From Solirubrobacterales bacterium (GTDB lineage: Bacteria > Actinomycetota > Thermoleophilia > Solirubrobacterales > 70-9): DNA of 64,000 nt. A program made the position numbers and the translations under genes. Numbering within the stretch: the stretch's first letter is position 1; each line of letters starts with the position of its first letter. The stretch is from the NCBI GenBank assembly GCA_033856175.1, contig JAWVFK010000018.1, positions 3,104 to 67,103 on the forward strand, in the 5' to 3' direction. The notes below the pieces were generated by a model, which was not told where the DNA came from, ran no database searches, and saw only the letters and a program-made list of their open reading frames with translations. Positions 8,964 through 23,827 of the stretch are shown piece by piece.

Positions 8964-9743
8964 TCAGGCGGCGCTGGCGCGGACCTCGGGCTGCCGCCAA
9001 GCCCACGCCGCCGGCCTTACCCGGGCGAGCAGTCGATGGGCGGCGAGGGCTGCCACGACGGCGACGACGGCGCCGGCGGCGGCGTCGAACCAGAAGTGGT
9101 TTGCCGTGCCGACGATGACGAGGAATACGAGGGCCGGATACAGGGCCCAGAAGGCCTTGCTGAGGCGATGGCGTGAGATCCGGAAGCCGGGGACGCCGAT
9201 CATCAGCGAGAAGGCGATGTGCATGCTGGGCACGGCGGCATAGGGATTGACGAGTACCTTGAGCAGGTCGGAGTCCTGGTTGACGTTGGAGATGTCGTGG
9301 ATCGTGTCGACGAAGCCGAAGCCGGTCGTCATCCGCGGCGGGGCGACGGGGAAGAGCGTGTAGCCGACGAGGGCCAGGCCCATCGCCACCATGAACATGT
9401 TGCGGACGAAGTAGAAGGCGTCGTTGCGGAAGAGATAGAGCCAGAGCAGGAACGAGGTCGTGACGACGAAGTGCGTGTTCAGGTACATCCAGTTGAGCGT
9501 GCTGACGAGCCAGTGCTCGGGCAGCAGCAGCTTCTGCAGGCCGGGCTCGAAGAAGGTCCCCGTCGCCCGCTCGAGGTCGATGACCTTGGCGGTGTTGGCG
9601 AAGGCGGCCGAGGCCTTGCCCTCGGTGATCCCGCGCACGAACTCGTAGCCGAGGTCGGCCATCACGAACAGGCTCAGCTGACGGGCGGCGTCGCCCCATC
9701 CCTTGGGCAGACGCGCGCCGATTCTCGAGACTAGACGCCGCAC
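8964..9743 (-). CDS. PAP2 superfamily membrane protein, sphingomyelin/IPC-synthase-like
   Basis: Polytopic membrane protein with AAVPSMHIAFS (S-x-H) and GTANHFWFDAAAG (H-x3-D), the C3/C4 motifs of phospho-headgroup transferases of the PAP2_C type. First gene of the inositol-lipid operon. Confidence 0.6.
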   Translation of the reverse strand: MRRLVSRIGARLPKGWGDAARQLSLFVMADLGYEFVRGITEGKASAAFANTAKVIDLERATGTFFEPGLQKLLLPEHWLVSTLNWMYLNTHFVVTTSFLLWLYLFRNDAFYFVRNMFMVAMGLALVGYTLFPVAPPRMTTGFGFVDTIHDISNVNQDSDLLKVLVNPYAAVPSMHIAFSLMIGVPGFRISRHRLSKAFWALYPALVFLVIVGTANHFWFDAAAGAVVAVVAALAAHRLLARVRPAAWAWRQPEVRASAA

Positions 9744-9765
9744 GACCCCTGATTGTATTCGGCTT

Positions 9766-10476
9766 GTGAACTCCTGGCGAAGGCCACCACGACGGCGGGT
9801 CCGCGCGATCAGGGACCGCCTGCGCGAACTCTACGGACGCCCGCCCCAGAACATCCACGGCGACCCGATCCACGAGCTCGTGCTGACGGTGCTCTCGCAG
9901 AACACCAGCGACCGCAATCGCGACGTCGCCTATGCGCGCCTGCGCGAGAGGTTCCCCGGCGGCCAGAGCCCGGTATCCGGGGTCGACTGGGAGGCGGTTC
10001 GCGACGCGCCCTTGCGCGAGGTCGCCGACGCCATCCGCCCCGGCGGGCTCGCCGACACCAAGGCGCCGCGGATCCAGCAGATCCTGCGAACGCTGAGCGC
10101 CGCCGAGCCCGGGCTCAACCTCGACTGGCTGCGGCGGGCGCCTCGCGAGACGGCGATCGAGTATCTCGTCTCGCTGCCGGGGGTCGGCCGCAAGACCGCC
10201 GCCTGCGTGCTGCTCTTCGCCTTCGGCCGGCCCGAGGTGCCGGTCGACGTCCACGTCCAGAGGGTCGGCGGCCGTCTTGGGCTGCTGCCAGCGGGCGGCG
10301 CACTCGACGCCGCCCACGACGAGATCCTCGCGATCGTCGATCCCGAAGATGCCTACGAGCTGCACATGAACCTGATCCGCCATGGCCGCGAGATCTGCCG
10401 GCCGCGGCCGCGCTGCGAGCTCTGCGGCCTGCGGCGAATGTGCCCGTACTGGCGAGAGCTCAGGGCGAAGAACTAG
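9766..10476 (+). CDS. nth: endonuclease III-like HhH-GPD base-excision glycosylase
   Basis: HELVLTVLSQNTSD, HhH LPGVGRKTAACVLLFAFG, VDVHVQRV, and C-terminal Cys cluster CRPRPRCELCGLRRMC. The ORF-track start 9703 would overlap the divergent gene's 5' end by 41 nt, so the in-frame GTG 9766 is preferred. The start is uncertain. Confidence 0.8.
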   Translation: MNSWRRPPRRRVRAIRDRLRELYGRPPQNIHGDPIHELVLTVLSQNTSDRNRDVAYARLRERFPGGQSPVSGVDWEAVRDAPLREVADAIRPGGLADTKAPRIQQILRTLSAAEPGLNLDWLRRAPRETAIEYLVSLPGVGRKTAACVLLFAFGRPEVPVDVHVQRVGGRLGLLPAGGALDAAHDEILAIVDPEDAYELHMNLIRHGREICRPRPRCELCGLRRMCPYWRELRAKN

Positions 10477-10489
10477 TATCTCGGCGTTC

Positions 10490-10861
10490 GTGAGCCGGCG
10501 CGCCTTCTTCACCTTCACAGCCTTCGCGGCGGTCTTCGCCGTCCTGATCCCCGTCCTGCTGATCGCTGGCAAGGGCGGCGAGCCCGGCTCGCCGGAGAAC
10601 GTCGCCGCCAAGTACAAGCGCGGCCAGCAGCTCTTTGCCGACAACTGCGGCAGCTGCCACACGCTCGGGGCGGCGGGTGCCGACGGCGTCGTCGGGCCGA
10701 ACCTCGATCGCCTTCTCGGCACCGGCACCCCGCAGGGCAATGCGCAGCGGGTGATCAATGCCGTCACGCAGGGAATCAACGGCCGCATGCCCAAGGGCAT
10801 CCTCGAAGGCAACGACGTAAAGCTCGTCGCTGATTTCGTTGGCCACTATGCGGGTAAGTAG
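10490..10861 (+). CDS. membrane-anchored class I c-type cytochrome
   Basis: N-terminal TM helix, heme motif CGSCH and distal Met (GRMPKG). Start set to the in-frame GTG 10490 just after the nth stop, because ORF-track start 10382 lies inside nth. Confidence 0.8.
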   Translation: MSRRAFFTFTAFAAVFAVLIPVLLIAGKGGEPGSPENVAAKYKRGQQLFADNCGSCHTLGAAGADGVVGPNLDRLLGTGTPQGNAQRVINAVTQGINGRMPKGILEGNDVKLVADFVGHYAGK

Positions 10862-10998
10862 CTCCGAGCGGAGAGTACGACCGCGACGCCTCGCCGGCCA
10901 TTGCTGGGCGAGTTCAATCGCCTCCTGATCGCCTTCGGCGCGCCACAGCCGTCCTGAAGCTGGTCCGATTTTCGCGCCTGACCAGGCACGAAAGCCGC

Positions 10999-11051
10999 TT
11001 GGAAAGTGGCGATAACCCTGCTAAGTTGGGACTTAGATTTTTTGAGTCCCA
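10999..11051 (+). promoter_or_regulatory. candidate dnaK promoter with overlapping inverted repeats (HspR/HAIR-like operator)
   Basis: TTGGAA (10999-11004), 17-nt spacer, TAAGTT (11022-11027). CTAAGT-tggg-ACTTAG palindrome (11021-11036) and TGGGACT..AGTCCCA (11027-11033 / 11045-11051). TTGAGT half-site at 11042-11047. GGAGGA RBS ~6 nt before the dnaK ATG. Confidence 0.4.
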
Positions 11052-11069
11052 GATAAACGGAGGAAAGCA

Positions 11070-12962
<1,893 letters not shown>

Positions 12963-12981
12963 GCGGCGCGGGAGATCGACG

Positions 12982-13605
12982 ATGAGCACTAGACGGCGGG
13001 CGGGCGAGCCCGAAAGCCGGCCGGGTCCTGCGGGCTCGGCGGACGGACGGTCGCAGCAGCCGCTGACCGAGGAAGAGCCGCCGGCTGCCGCCGAGCTCGA
13101 CAGCGAGCGCGTCGAAAGCGACCTCGACGCGCTGCTGGCCGAGGCGCGCCGCGAGCGCGACGAGTATCTCGAGCTGGCCCAGCGCGCCAAGGCGGACTTC
13201 GAGAACTACCGCCGCCGCGCCGCCGCCGAGGCCGCCGAGGCCGGACGACGCTCGGTCGCCGGGCTGGCCGCCGAGCTGGTGCCGGCGCTCGACAACCTCG
13301 AGCGGGCGCTGCGGGCTGCGGGGGTCGAGCCGGACGCCGCCGACCAGCCGGCCGAGGGCGCCGATGTCGACGCGTTGCTGCGCGGCGTCCTGCTGACCTA
13401 TCGCGAGATGCGCTCGATCCTCGAGCGCGCCGGCGTCGAGTCCTACGACCCGGCCGGAGAGCGATTCGACCCGACCTGGCACGAGGCGCTGCAGACGCGC
13501 AGCGCCGAGGGCGTCGAGCCCGGGCAGGTCGTCGAGGTCCTCGAGCGCGGCTACCGACTCGACGACCGCGTCGTTCGCCCGGCGCGGGTGGTCGTCAGCG
13601 CCTAG
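12982..13605 (+). CDS. grpE: nucleotide exchange factor GrpE
   Basis: Position after dna[13 protein letters not shown] and the C-terminal beta domain ([14 protein letters not shown]) are typical GrpE. Confidence 0.93.
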   Translation: MSTRRRAGEPESRPGPAGSADGRSQQPLTEEEPPAAAELDSERVESDLDALLAEARRERDEYLELAQRAKADFENYRRRAAAEAAEAGRRSVAGLAAELVPALDNLERALRAAGVEPDAADQPAEGADVDALLRGVLLTYREMRSILERAGVESYDPAGERFDPTWHEALQTRSAEGVEPGQVVEVLERGYRLDDRVVRPARVVVSA

Positions 13606-13615
13606 GAGACCCCAG

Positions 13616-14725
13616 ATGGCACGTGACTTCTACGAAGTGCTCGGCGTCTCGCGCAAGGCGAGCGACGAAGAGCTGAAGAAGGCGCACCGCAAGCTGGCGC
13701 GCCAGCACCACCCCGACCGCAACCCCGACGACCCCAAGGCCGAGGACCGCTTCAAGGAGGTCCAGGAGGCCTACGACACCCTCTCCGACCCGGAGAAGCG
13801 GCGCCAGTACGACGCCGGTGGCATGTTCGGCGGCTTTGGCGGCGGCGGCCGTGGCGCTCCCGGCGGTCCGGCCGGCGGCTTCACCAGCGACCTCGGCGAC
13901 ATCTTCTCGTCGATCTTCGGCCGTGGCGGCGGTGGCCGGCCCCAGAGCGCGGCGGGGATGCCGGGCCGCGACCTCGAGACCGAGGTTCCCCTCTCCTTCA
14001 AGCAGGCGATGGAGGGAACGCAGATGACGATCTCGGTGCCGAAGTCGGACACCTGCTCGACCTGCCACGGCTCCGGGGCGGCGCCCGGGACGCAGCCGAA
14101 GATCTGCCCCCGCTGCGGCGGCCGCGGCGTCGAGGGCGAGAGCCAGGGGCTGTTCTCGATCAGCCATCCCTGCTCGCAGTGCAACGGCCAGGGAACGATC
14201 ATTGAGAGCCCCTGCCCGACCTGCGGCGGCAACGGCGTCGTTGCGACCACCAAGCGCTACAAGGTCAACATCCCCGCCGGCGTCCACGACGGCTCGCGAA
14301 TCAGGCTGGCGGGCAAGGGCGAGGCGGGAATGCGCGGCGGGCCGCCGGGCGACCTCTACGTGACGACGCGGGTCGCCCCCTCACCGGTCTTCCAGCAGCG
14401 GCCCGACGGCAACCTCGAGGTCAAGCTGCCGATCACGGTGGCGGAGGCGATCAGGGGGGCGACGGTCGAGGTGCCAACTCTCAACGGCGCCAAGCGGATC
14501 CGCGTGCCCCCGGGGACCCAGCACGGCACCGTCCAGCGGCTGCGCGGCGAAGGCCCGCCGCGACCGGGCGGCAACGGCCGCGGCGACATCCACTACCGGC
14601 TCGAGGTCGAGATTCCCCGCAGCCTCGACCGCGAGCAGAAGAAGGCCGTCGAGCAGCTCGCCGAGACGCTCAACGGCTACAACCCGCGCGAGCAGCTGCT
14701 GCGCGCGGCGCAGGGGGACTCGTGA
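13616..14725 (+). CDS. dnaJ: co-chaperone DnaJ
   Basis: J-domain with HPD (QHHPDRNP), G/F region, and four CxxCxGxG zinc-finger repeats ([32 protein letters not shown]). Confidence 0.97.
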   Translation: MARDFYEVLGVSRKASDEELKKAHRKLARQHHPDRNPDDPKAEDRFKEVQEAYDTLSDPEKRRQYDAGGMFGGFGGGGRGAPGGPAGGFTSDLGDIFSSIFGRGGGGRPQSAAGMPGRDLETEVPLSFKQAMEGTQMTISVPKSDTCSTCHGSGAAPGTQPKICPRCGGRGVEGESQGLFSISHPCSQCNGQGTIIESPCPTCGGNGVVATTKRYKVNIPAGVHDGSRIRLAGKGEAGMRGGPPGDLYVTTRVAPSPVFQQRPDGNLEVKLPITVAEAIRGATVEVPTLNGAKRIRVPPGTQHGTVQRLRGEGPPRPGGNGRGDIHYRLEVEIPRSLDREQKKAVEQLAETLNGYNPREQLLRAAQGDS

Positions 14726-15237
14726 GCTCGGGGTCCGATAGCTCCGGGCCTGGCCGCCGCCGCGCCGCGGAGGAGTCCCAGATCGCCGCCGGCCGCGGCG
14801 TCTTCATGATCTCGATCGCCGCCGAGCTCGCCGGGATGCACCCGCAGACGCTGCGGATGTACGAGGCCCGCGGCCTGATCAGGCCACAGCGCTCGCCGAA
14901 GCAGACGCGCCTCTACTCCCAGCGCGACGTCGAGATGCTGCGGCGGATCCAGCAGATGACGAGCGAGGAGGGCCTCAACCTCGCCGGCGTCGAGCTGGTG
15001 CTCGAGATGGAGCGCAAGGTCGAGCAGATGCGCGCCGAGATCGGCCGGATGCGGCAGCGGGCCGAGCAGATGGAGCGCGAGATGGCGGCGGAGATGGAAC
15101 GGATGCGGCGCTCGCTGCGGACCGAGATCGTTCCCTACGGGGCCTATGAGCCCGATCAGCTGATTCCGGGTAGCTCCAAGAGATCCAAGCAGCGGGTGCA
15201 GATCCCCGTCGACCGACCACGGCGCAAGCGCGCCTAG
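14722..15237 (+). CDS. hspR: MerR-family heat-shock repressor HspR
   Basis: MerR HTH ([44 protein letters not shown]) directly after dnaJ. The GTG start overlaps the dnaJ TGA (GTGA). Confidence 0.88.
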   Translation: MSSGSDSSGPGRRRAAEESQIAAGRGVFMISIAAELAGMHPQTLRMYEARGLIRPQRSPKQTRLYSQRDVEMLRRIQQMTSEEGLNLAGVELVLEMERKVEQMRAEIGRMRQRAEQMEREMAAEMERMRRSLRTEIVPYGAYEPDQLIPGSSKRSKQRVQIPVDRPRRKRA

Positions 15238-15248
15238 CGAGGAGAGAG

Positions 15249-17855
<2,607 letters not shown>

Positions 17856-17867
17856 AACCTCAGACGA

Positions 17868-18914
17868 CTAGGGATAGCTATTGCAGTGGGTGTTGGGGTC
17901 GTTGCAGTTGATGCCCGGGCTGGGCGTAGTGGGGTCGCCGCCGCAGCCCGCGGCGCAGCCTTCATCAGGCGGAGGACAGCCGCTGTAGCCGCAGGGGTCC
18001 GTGTAGGTGTGCGTTGGCGGCGTGTAGTGCGGGGCGTAGTACTGAGGCGTCGTCTGGGTGTACGTCGGGGGCGAAGCTGACTTCGCCAGCGGGGCGTATT
18101 TACGATCGAACTCCGTCATCGGCGGCTGCGGGTAGAAGACGTAGCAAGTCGAGTAGGAGTTCTTCTTGTAGACGACCGTCGTCGGCGGCGGCGTCAGGTA
18201 CTTGCCGCTGGTCGGGTCGACGCCGTAGTTCTCGTCGTAGGGGTCATACGGTCGCCACTTGCAGGGCGGCGGCGGCGTGTAGTTGGGCGGGCAGTTGTGG
18301 CAGGTGGCCTTCTTGTAGAAGACGGGCTCGGTCAGGGGATTGCCGCAGCGACAGCGGACGACCGGCTTGCCGTACTTGTCGACGAGCACCGCCGTGCCGG
18401 CTTCGAGGATCGACTGGAAGCTGACGATCTGGCCGTTGCGGTAGGCGTGGTTGGTGACCTGTGTGTCACGGGTCAGGGTCACCGGGCGCAGACTGCGGAT
18501 GTAGCGCTTGACCGCCTTGGGCGTCGGGTCCACTCCCAGGACGCCGGCCCAGGCCCGCATCCGGTCCGGGCGGGCCAGAAGCTCGCGGATCAGCTTCTCG
18601 CGGTCGCAGACCGTGTTCGAGCCCGAGCCGCCGAAGGTGCCGGCTCCCGAGGATGGCTCGGCCGAGGTTCCGCCGGCCGCGGGCGGCGCAGTCTTGACGC
18701 TGGTGTCGCCGGCGACGTCCGTCGCCGGGGTGAATGGGTTGGCGCCGGTCTCGTCGGCCTGCTGGAACTCGATCGTCTGGCCCGAGGCCTTGTCGCCGCC
18801 GAGCACCAGGACGCCGGCAACGGCGACGCCGCCGAGCAGCAGTAGCGCGAGCACGGCGATGACTCCCGTACGCCAGGGATTGCGCTCGCGCTGCGTTGAG
18901 ACGTTGTCTTCCAC
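17868..18914 (-). CDS. single-pass membrane protein with Cys- and Pro/Tyr-rich C-terminal region
   Basis: 348 aa with an N-terminal TM (GVIAVLALLLLGGVAVAGVLVL). The central region has paired Cys (VRCRCGNP, CHNCPP). The tail is rich in P/Y/T and Cys (YTPPPPCKW, TPQYYAPHYTPPTHTYTDPCGYSGCPPPDEGCAAGCGG..NCNDPNTHCNSYP). Confidence 0.6.
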   Translation of the reverse strand: MEDNVSTQRERNPWRTGVIAVLALLLLGGVAVAGVLVLGGDKASGQTIEFQQADETGANPFTPATDVAGDTSVKTAPPAAGGTSAEPSSGAGTFGGSGSNTVCDREKLIRELLARPDRMRAWAGVLGVDPTPKAVKRYIRSLRPVTLTRDTQVTNHAYRNGQIVSFQSILEAGTAVLVDKYGKPVVRCRCGNPLTEPVFYKKATCHNCPPNYTPPPPCKWRPYDPYDENYGVDPTSGKYLTPPPTTVVYKKNSYSTCYVFYPQPPMTEFDRKYAPLAKSASPPTYTQTTPQYYAPHYTPPTHTYTDPCGYSGCPPPDEGCAAGCGGDPTTPSPGINCNDPNTHCNSYP

Positions 18915-19053
18915 TTCCCCGCGGCGATTAGATCACCACAGCGAGGGCTATGTCAAGGCGGCCGGCCGGATCAGCCGCGGCGGCAGCTACCCGAGCGGGC
19001 CCCGGGGATAGGATCGCGGCCCCGAGGCAAGAAAGCGAAAGAGGAGGAGAGAC

Positions 19054-19335
19054 ATGCCGACGTTCGTAATGCTCACGAACCTGACCGCCGACGGCGTCAG
19101 GACGCTGAAGAACAACCCCACCCGCGTCTCAGAGGTGAACCGCGAGGTCGAGCAGCTCGGCGCCAAGGTGCTGCAGCAGTGGGCGACGCTCGGTCAGTAC
19201 GACTTCATCAGCATCGTCGAGGCCCCCGATGATGCGACGATGGCCAAGGTGTCGGTCGAGCTCGCCTCGCGGGGCACGATGAGCAGCTGCACGCTGAGCG
19301 CGATCCCCGCCGAGGAGCTCGCCAGCGCGCTCTAG
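19054..19335 (+). CDS. GYD-domain protein
   Basis: 93 aa. [26 protein letters not shown] is the GYD family signature. Strong RBS (aggaggag) upstream. Confidence 0.8.
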   Translation: MPTFVMLTNLTADGVRTLKNNPTRVSEVNREVEQLGAKVLQQWATLGQYDFISIVEAPDDATMAKVSVELASRGTMSSCTLSAIPAEELASAL

Positions 19336-19354
19336 CGCCGGGATCCGCACGGTC

Positions 19355-20626
<1,272 letters not shown>

Positions 20627-20646
20627 CCCCGAGGAAGGAGGAGCGA

Positions 20647-21144
20647 GTGGACAGAGAGACGAGCACCGGGACAGCCGCGAGCACGCCGGCGACCACGCCG
20701 GCGACGATGCCGGAGGTGGAGAAGGCCTTCGAGGAGATCGAGGTCGACGCGCCGCTGGTCGGGATCATCATGGGCTCCAAGAACGACAAGCCGAAGCTGC
20801 AGCCGGCGGGGCAGGCGCTCCAGGACTGCGGCATTCGCTACGAGGTGCGGGTGATGAGCGCCCACCGCGACCCCGAGCTCGTCCGCGAGTACTGCCACGC
20901 GGCGCGAATGCGGGGCCTGAGGGTTTTGATCGCCGGCGCCGGGATGTCGGCGGCACTGCCCGGTGTCGCCGCAGCGCACACCGATCTGCCGGTGATCGGC
21001 GTGCCCGTCTCCGGCAAGAACCTCGGCGGCCTCGACGCGCTGCTGTCGGCCGTGCAGATGCCACCCGGCGTCCCCGTCGCCTGCGTCGCGATCGACGGCG
21101 CCAAGAACGCCGGCCTGCTGGCCGCCCGGATCATCAACGCCTGA
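20647..21144 (+). CDS. purE: N5-carboxyaminoimidazole ribonucleotide mutase
   Basis: PLVGIIMGSKNDKP..SAHRDP..GAGMSAALPGVAAAHT are PurE signatures. The ~37-aa Thr/Pro-rich N-terminal extension makes the exact start uncertain. Confidence 0.9.
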   Translation: MDRETSTGTAASTPATTPATMPEVEKAFEEIEVDAPLVGIIMGSKNDKPKLQPAGQALQDCGIRYEVRVMSAHRDPELVREYCHAARMRGLRVLIAGAGMSAALPGVAAAHTDLPVIGVPVSGKNLGGLDALLSAVQMPPGVPVACVAIDGAKNAGLLAARIINA

Positions 21145-21145
21145 C

Positions 21146-22429
21146 GTGATCGCCCGCTACAGCCGCGAGCAGATCGCCGGCGTCTGGACCGACCAGGCGC
21201 GGATGGAGTCGTGGCTCGAGGTCGAGCTGGCGGCGACCGACGCCCTTGCGGCCGAAGGGATCGTCCCCGCCGAGGCCGCCGCCGCCTGCCGCGAGCGGGC
21301 CAGCTTCAGCGTCGAGGCTGTCCAGGAGCGCGAGCGCACGACGGGCCACGATGTCGCCGCCTTCGTCGACGTCACCGCCGCCTCGGTCGGCGAGCACGGT
21401 CGCTGGCTGCACTACGGGCTGACCTCGTCGGACGTCCTCGACACGGCGCTGGCGCTGCAGCTGCGTCGCGCCGGCGAGATCCTCGTCGAGGGAGCCAGGG
21501 CCTACCGCGACGCCCTCGTCGCCAAGGCGCTCGAGCACCGCGAGACGCTCTGCGTCGGCCGCACCCACGGCATCCACGCCGAGCCAACGAGCTTCGGGCT
21601 GAAGCTCGCCAGCCTGGCCTTCGAGGCCGATCGCAACGTCGGCCGCCTCGCCAACGCCTTCGAGCAGCTCGCCGTCGGCAAGCTCTCGGGCGCCGTCGGC
21701 AGCTACGCCTCGTTGCCGCCCGCGGTCGAGCGGCGGGTGATGGAGGCGCTCGGGTTGAGCGCCGAGGATGCCTCGACCCAGGTGATCCCGCGCGATCGCC
21801 ACGCGGTCCTCGTCGCCCGCCTGGCGATCGCCGGCGGCGGCCTCGAGCGCTTCGCGACCGAGATCCGCAACCTGCAGCGGACCGAGGTCCGCGAGGTCGA
21901 GGAGCCCTTCGGCGCCGGCCAGAAGGGGTCCTCGGCGATGCCGCACAAGCGCAACCCGATCCTCAGCGAGCGGATCTGCGGTCAGGCGCGGCTACTGCGC
22001 GGCTACTCGCAGGCGGCGCTCGAGAACATCGCCCTCTGGCACGAGCGCGACATCTCCCACTCCGGCGCCGAGCGCGTGCTGCTGCCGGACTCGACGATCC
22101 TCTTCGACTACATGCAGCACATCGCGGTCCGGGTCGCCGAGGGGATGACCGTCCACCCCGAGCGGATGAAGGCGAACCTCGAGCTGACCCATGGCGCCCT
22201 CTTCAGCCAGCGGGCGCTGACGGCGCTCGTCGAGTCGGGGCTGACGCGCGACGACGCCTACCGCGTCGTCCAGGAGAGCGCCCAGCGCGCCTGGGACAGC
22301 GGCACGAGCTTTCGCGAGCTGATCGCCGAGAAGGCGACCGACCTCGACCTCGATGCGATCTTCGACTACGGCGCCTACCTCGCCAACGCCGGCGAGGTCT
22401 TTGAGCGGCTCGAGGCGCTCGGCAGCTAG
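21146..22429 (+). CDS. purB: adenylosuccinate lyase
   Basis: 427 aa with the fumarate-lyase signature GSSAMPHKRNP and the typical MIARYSR..W N-terminus. Confidence 0.95.
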   Translation: MIARYSREQIAGVWTDQARMESWLEVELAATDALAAEGIVPAEAAAACRERASFSVEAVQERERTTGHDVAAFVDVTAASVGEHGRWLHYGLTSSDVLDTALALQLRRAGEILVEGARAYRDALVAKALEHRETLCVGRTHGIHAEPTSFGLKLASLAFEADRNVGRLANAFEQLAVGKLSGAVGSYASLPPAVERRVMEALGLSAEDASTQVIPRDRHAVLVARLAIAGGGLERFATEIRNLQRTEVREVEEPFGAGQKGSSAMPHKRNPILSERICGQARLLRGYSQAALENIALWHERDISHSGAERVLLPDSTILFDYMQHIAVRVAEGMTVHPERMKANLELTHGALFSQRALTALVESGLTRDDAYRVVQESAQRAWDSGTSFRELIAEKATDLDLDAIFDYGAYLANAGEVFERLEALGS

Positions 22430-23773
22430 CTAACCGCCGAGCCGGCGCTCGACCAGCGCCGGCGTGCGGTGCTTGGGCGAGAAGGTGATGTTGCGGCGAA
22501 CGACGGGCTCGGGCTCCGAGCGGGTGCCCCGCAGGGCGACGGTGGTCAGGATCGTCCGCAGCACGACCTGCATCTCCATCAGCGCGAAGGCGGCGCCGAG
22601 GCAGCGGCGCATGCCGCCGCCGAAGGGGATCCAGGAGTAGGTCTCGACATTGCCGTCGAGGAAGCGCTCGGGGCGGAACTCGTGCGGCTCGTGGTAGACG
22701 TCGCCGCGAGTGTGGGCCAGATAGATGGAGGCCATGACGACGGTGCCCTGCTCGAGCGCGAGGCCGTCGAGTGTCGCCGGGGCCGCCAGCTCGCGGCCGG
22801 TGAAGGGGACGACGGGGCGCAGGCGCAGCGACTCCTCGATCACCGCGTCGAGGTACTCGGCGCCGTTGGTGGCGAGCTCGCCGGTCAGCCTCTCCATGAC
22901 CGGCGGATGGCGGAAGAGCAGGTCGAAGGTCCAGGCGAGCGCGGTCGCCGTCGTCTCGTGACCGGCGACCAGCAGCGTCATCAGCTGGTCGCGGAGCTCG
23001 TCGTCGCCCATTCCCTCGCCATCCTCGTCGCGGGCCGCGACCAGCAGCGAGAGGATGTCCTCGCGCTCGCCGAGGTCGGGGTCGCTGCGGCGGGCGGCGA
23101 CCTCGGCGGCGATCAGGGCGTCGATCCGGTCGACGACGCGCTGGAAGACGCGCCACGGACCGAGCTTGCCGAGGCGGCGCGTGGTCAGGCCGATCACCTG
23201 CGAGCGGCCCGACTCGACCATCGTCAGCAGCTGCGGCAGCAGCTGGCGCAGCTCGGCGAGGCGCTGCTGGTCGGTGACGCCGAAGACCGCGCGCATGATC
23301 ACCTCGAGCGTGATCGCCTGCATCCGCGGATGGAGCTCGAGCTGCTCGCCCTCGGACCAGCCGGCGACCTCGGCCGCGGCGATCTCGGCGATCAACCCCT
23401 CGTAGGCCTTCATCCGCTCACCGTGGAACGGCGGCAGCATCAGGCGGCGGCGGCGCAGGTGCTCCTCGCCCTCCTGGAGCAGGATCGACCGCGGCCCCAT
23501 CACCGGCTCCAGCAGGACGGTGCGTCCCTTTGGCATCCGGTTGGTCCGATCCTGGCCGAAGAGCTGCTTGAGCGCGTCGGGATCCGAGATCACCACCATC
23601 TTGCCGGCGGCGAGGAAGTGGACGCGAAAGGCCTCGCCGTAGCGCTCGCGGCAGCGCTCGAGGAACTCGATCGGGCCGGCGAGCCACTGCGCCGTCTGGA
23701 CGACGGCCGGAGCGGAGGGGCCGGGAATCGGTGCGCGGACCGGGATCGGCCCGGTTGCGGTCGCGGTCTCCAT
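22430..23773 (-). CDS. cytochrome P450
   Basis: I-helix AGHETT, ExxR (ESLRLRP), and heme-thiolate loop FGGGMRRCLGAAFA; 447 aa. Confidence 0.92.
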   Translation of the reverse strand: METATATGPIPVRAPIPGPSAPAVVQTAQWLAGPIEFLERCRERYGEAFRVHFLAAGKMVVISDPDALKQLFGQDRTNRMPKGRTVLLEPVMGPRSILLQEGEEHLRRRRLMLPPFHGERMKAYEGLIAEIAAAEVAGWSEGEQLELHPRMQAITLEVIMRAVFGVTDQQRLAELRQLLPQLLTMVESGRSQVIGLTTRRLGKLGPWRVFQRVVDRIDALIAAEVAARRSDPDLGEREDILSLLVAARDEDGEGMGDDELRDQLMTLLVAGHETTATALAWTFDLLFRHPPVMERLTGELATNGAEYLDAVIEESLRLRPVVPFTGRELAAPATLDGLALEQGTVVMASIYLAHTRGDVYHEPHEFRPERFLDGNVETYSWIPFGGGMRRCLGAAFALMEMQVVLRTILTTVALRGTRSEPEPVVRRNITFSPKHRTPALVERRLGG

Positions 23774-23827
23774 TTGCCGACTCTAGCCCTCCGCCGGCCG
23801 CGCCGCGCGCGTTGTTAGCATCGGCCC

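Noticed and set aside
8188-10812. 874-aa ORF on the minus strand spanning pgsA, the PAP2 gene, nth and the cytochrome c gene
   Set aside because: The translation is Arg/Pro/Ala/Gly low-complexity, typical of out-of-frame or antisense shadows in ~70% GC DNA. It overlaps four genes that have clear motifs.
11000-11069. CIRCE (HrcA) element upstream of dnaK
   Set aside because: TTAGCACTC-N9-GAGTGCTAA is not present, and the palindromes there have different sequence. hspR in the operon argues for HspR control instead.
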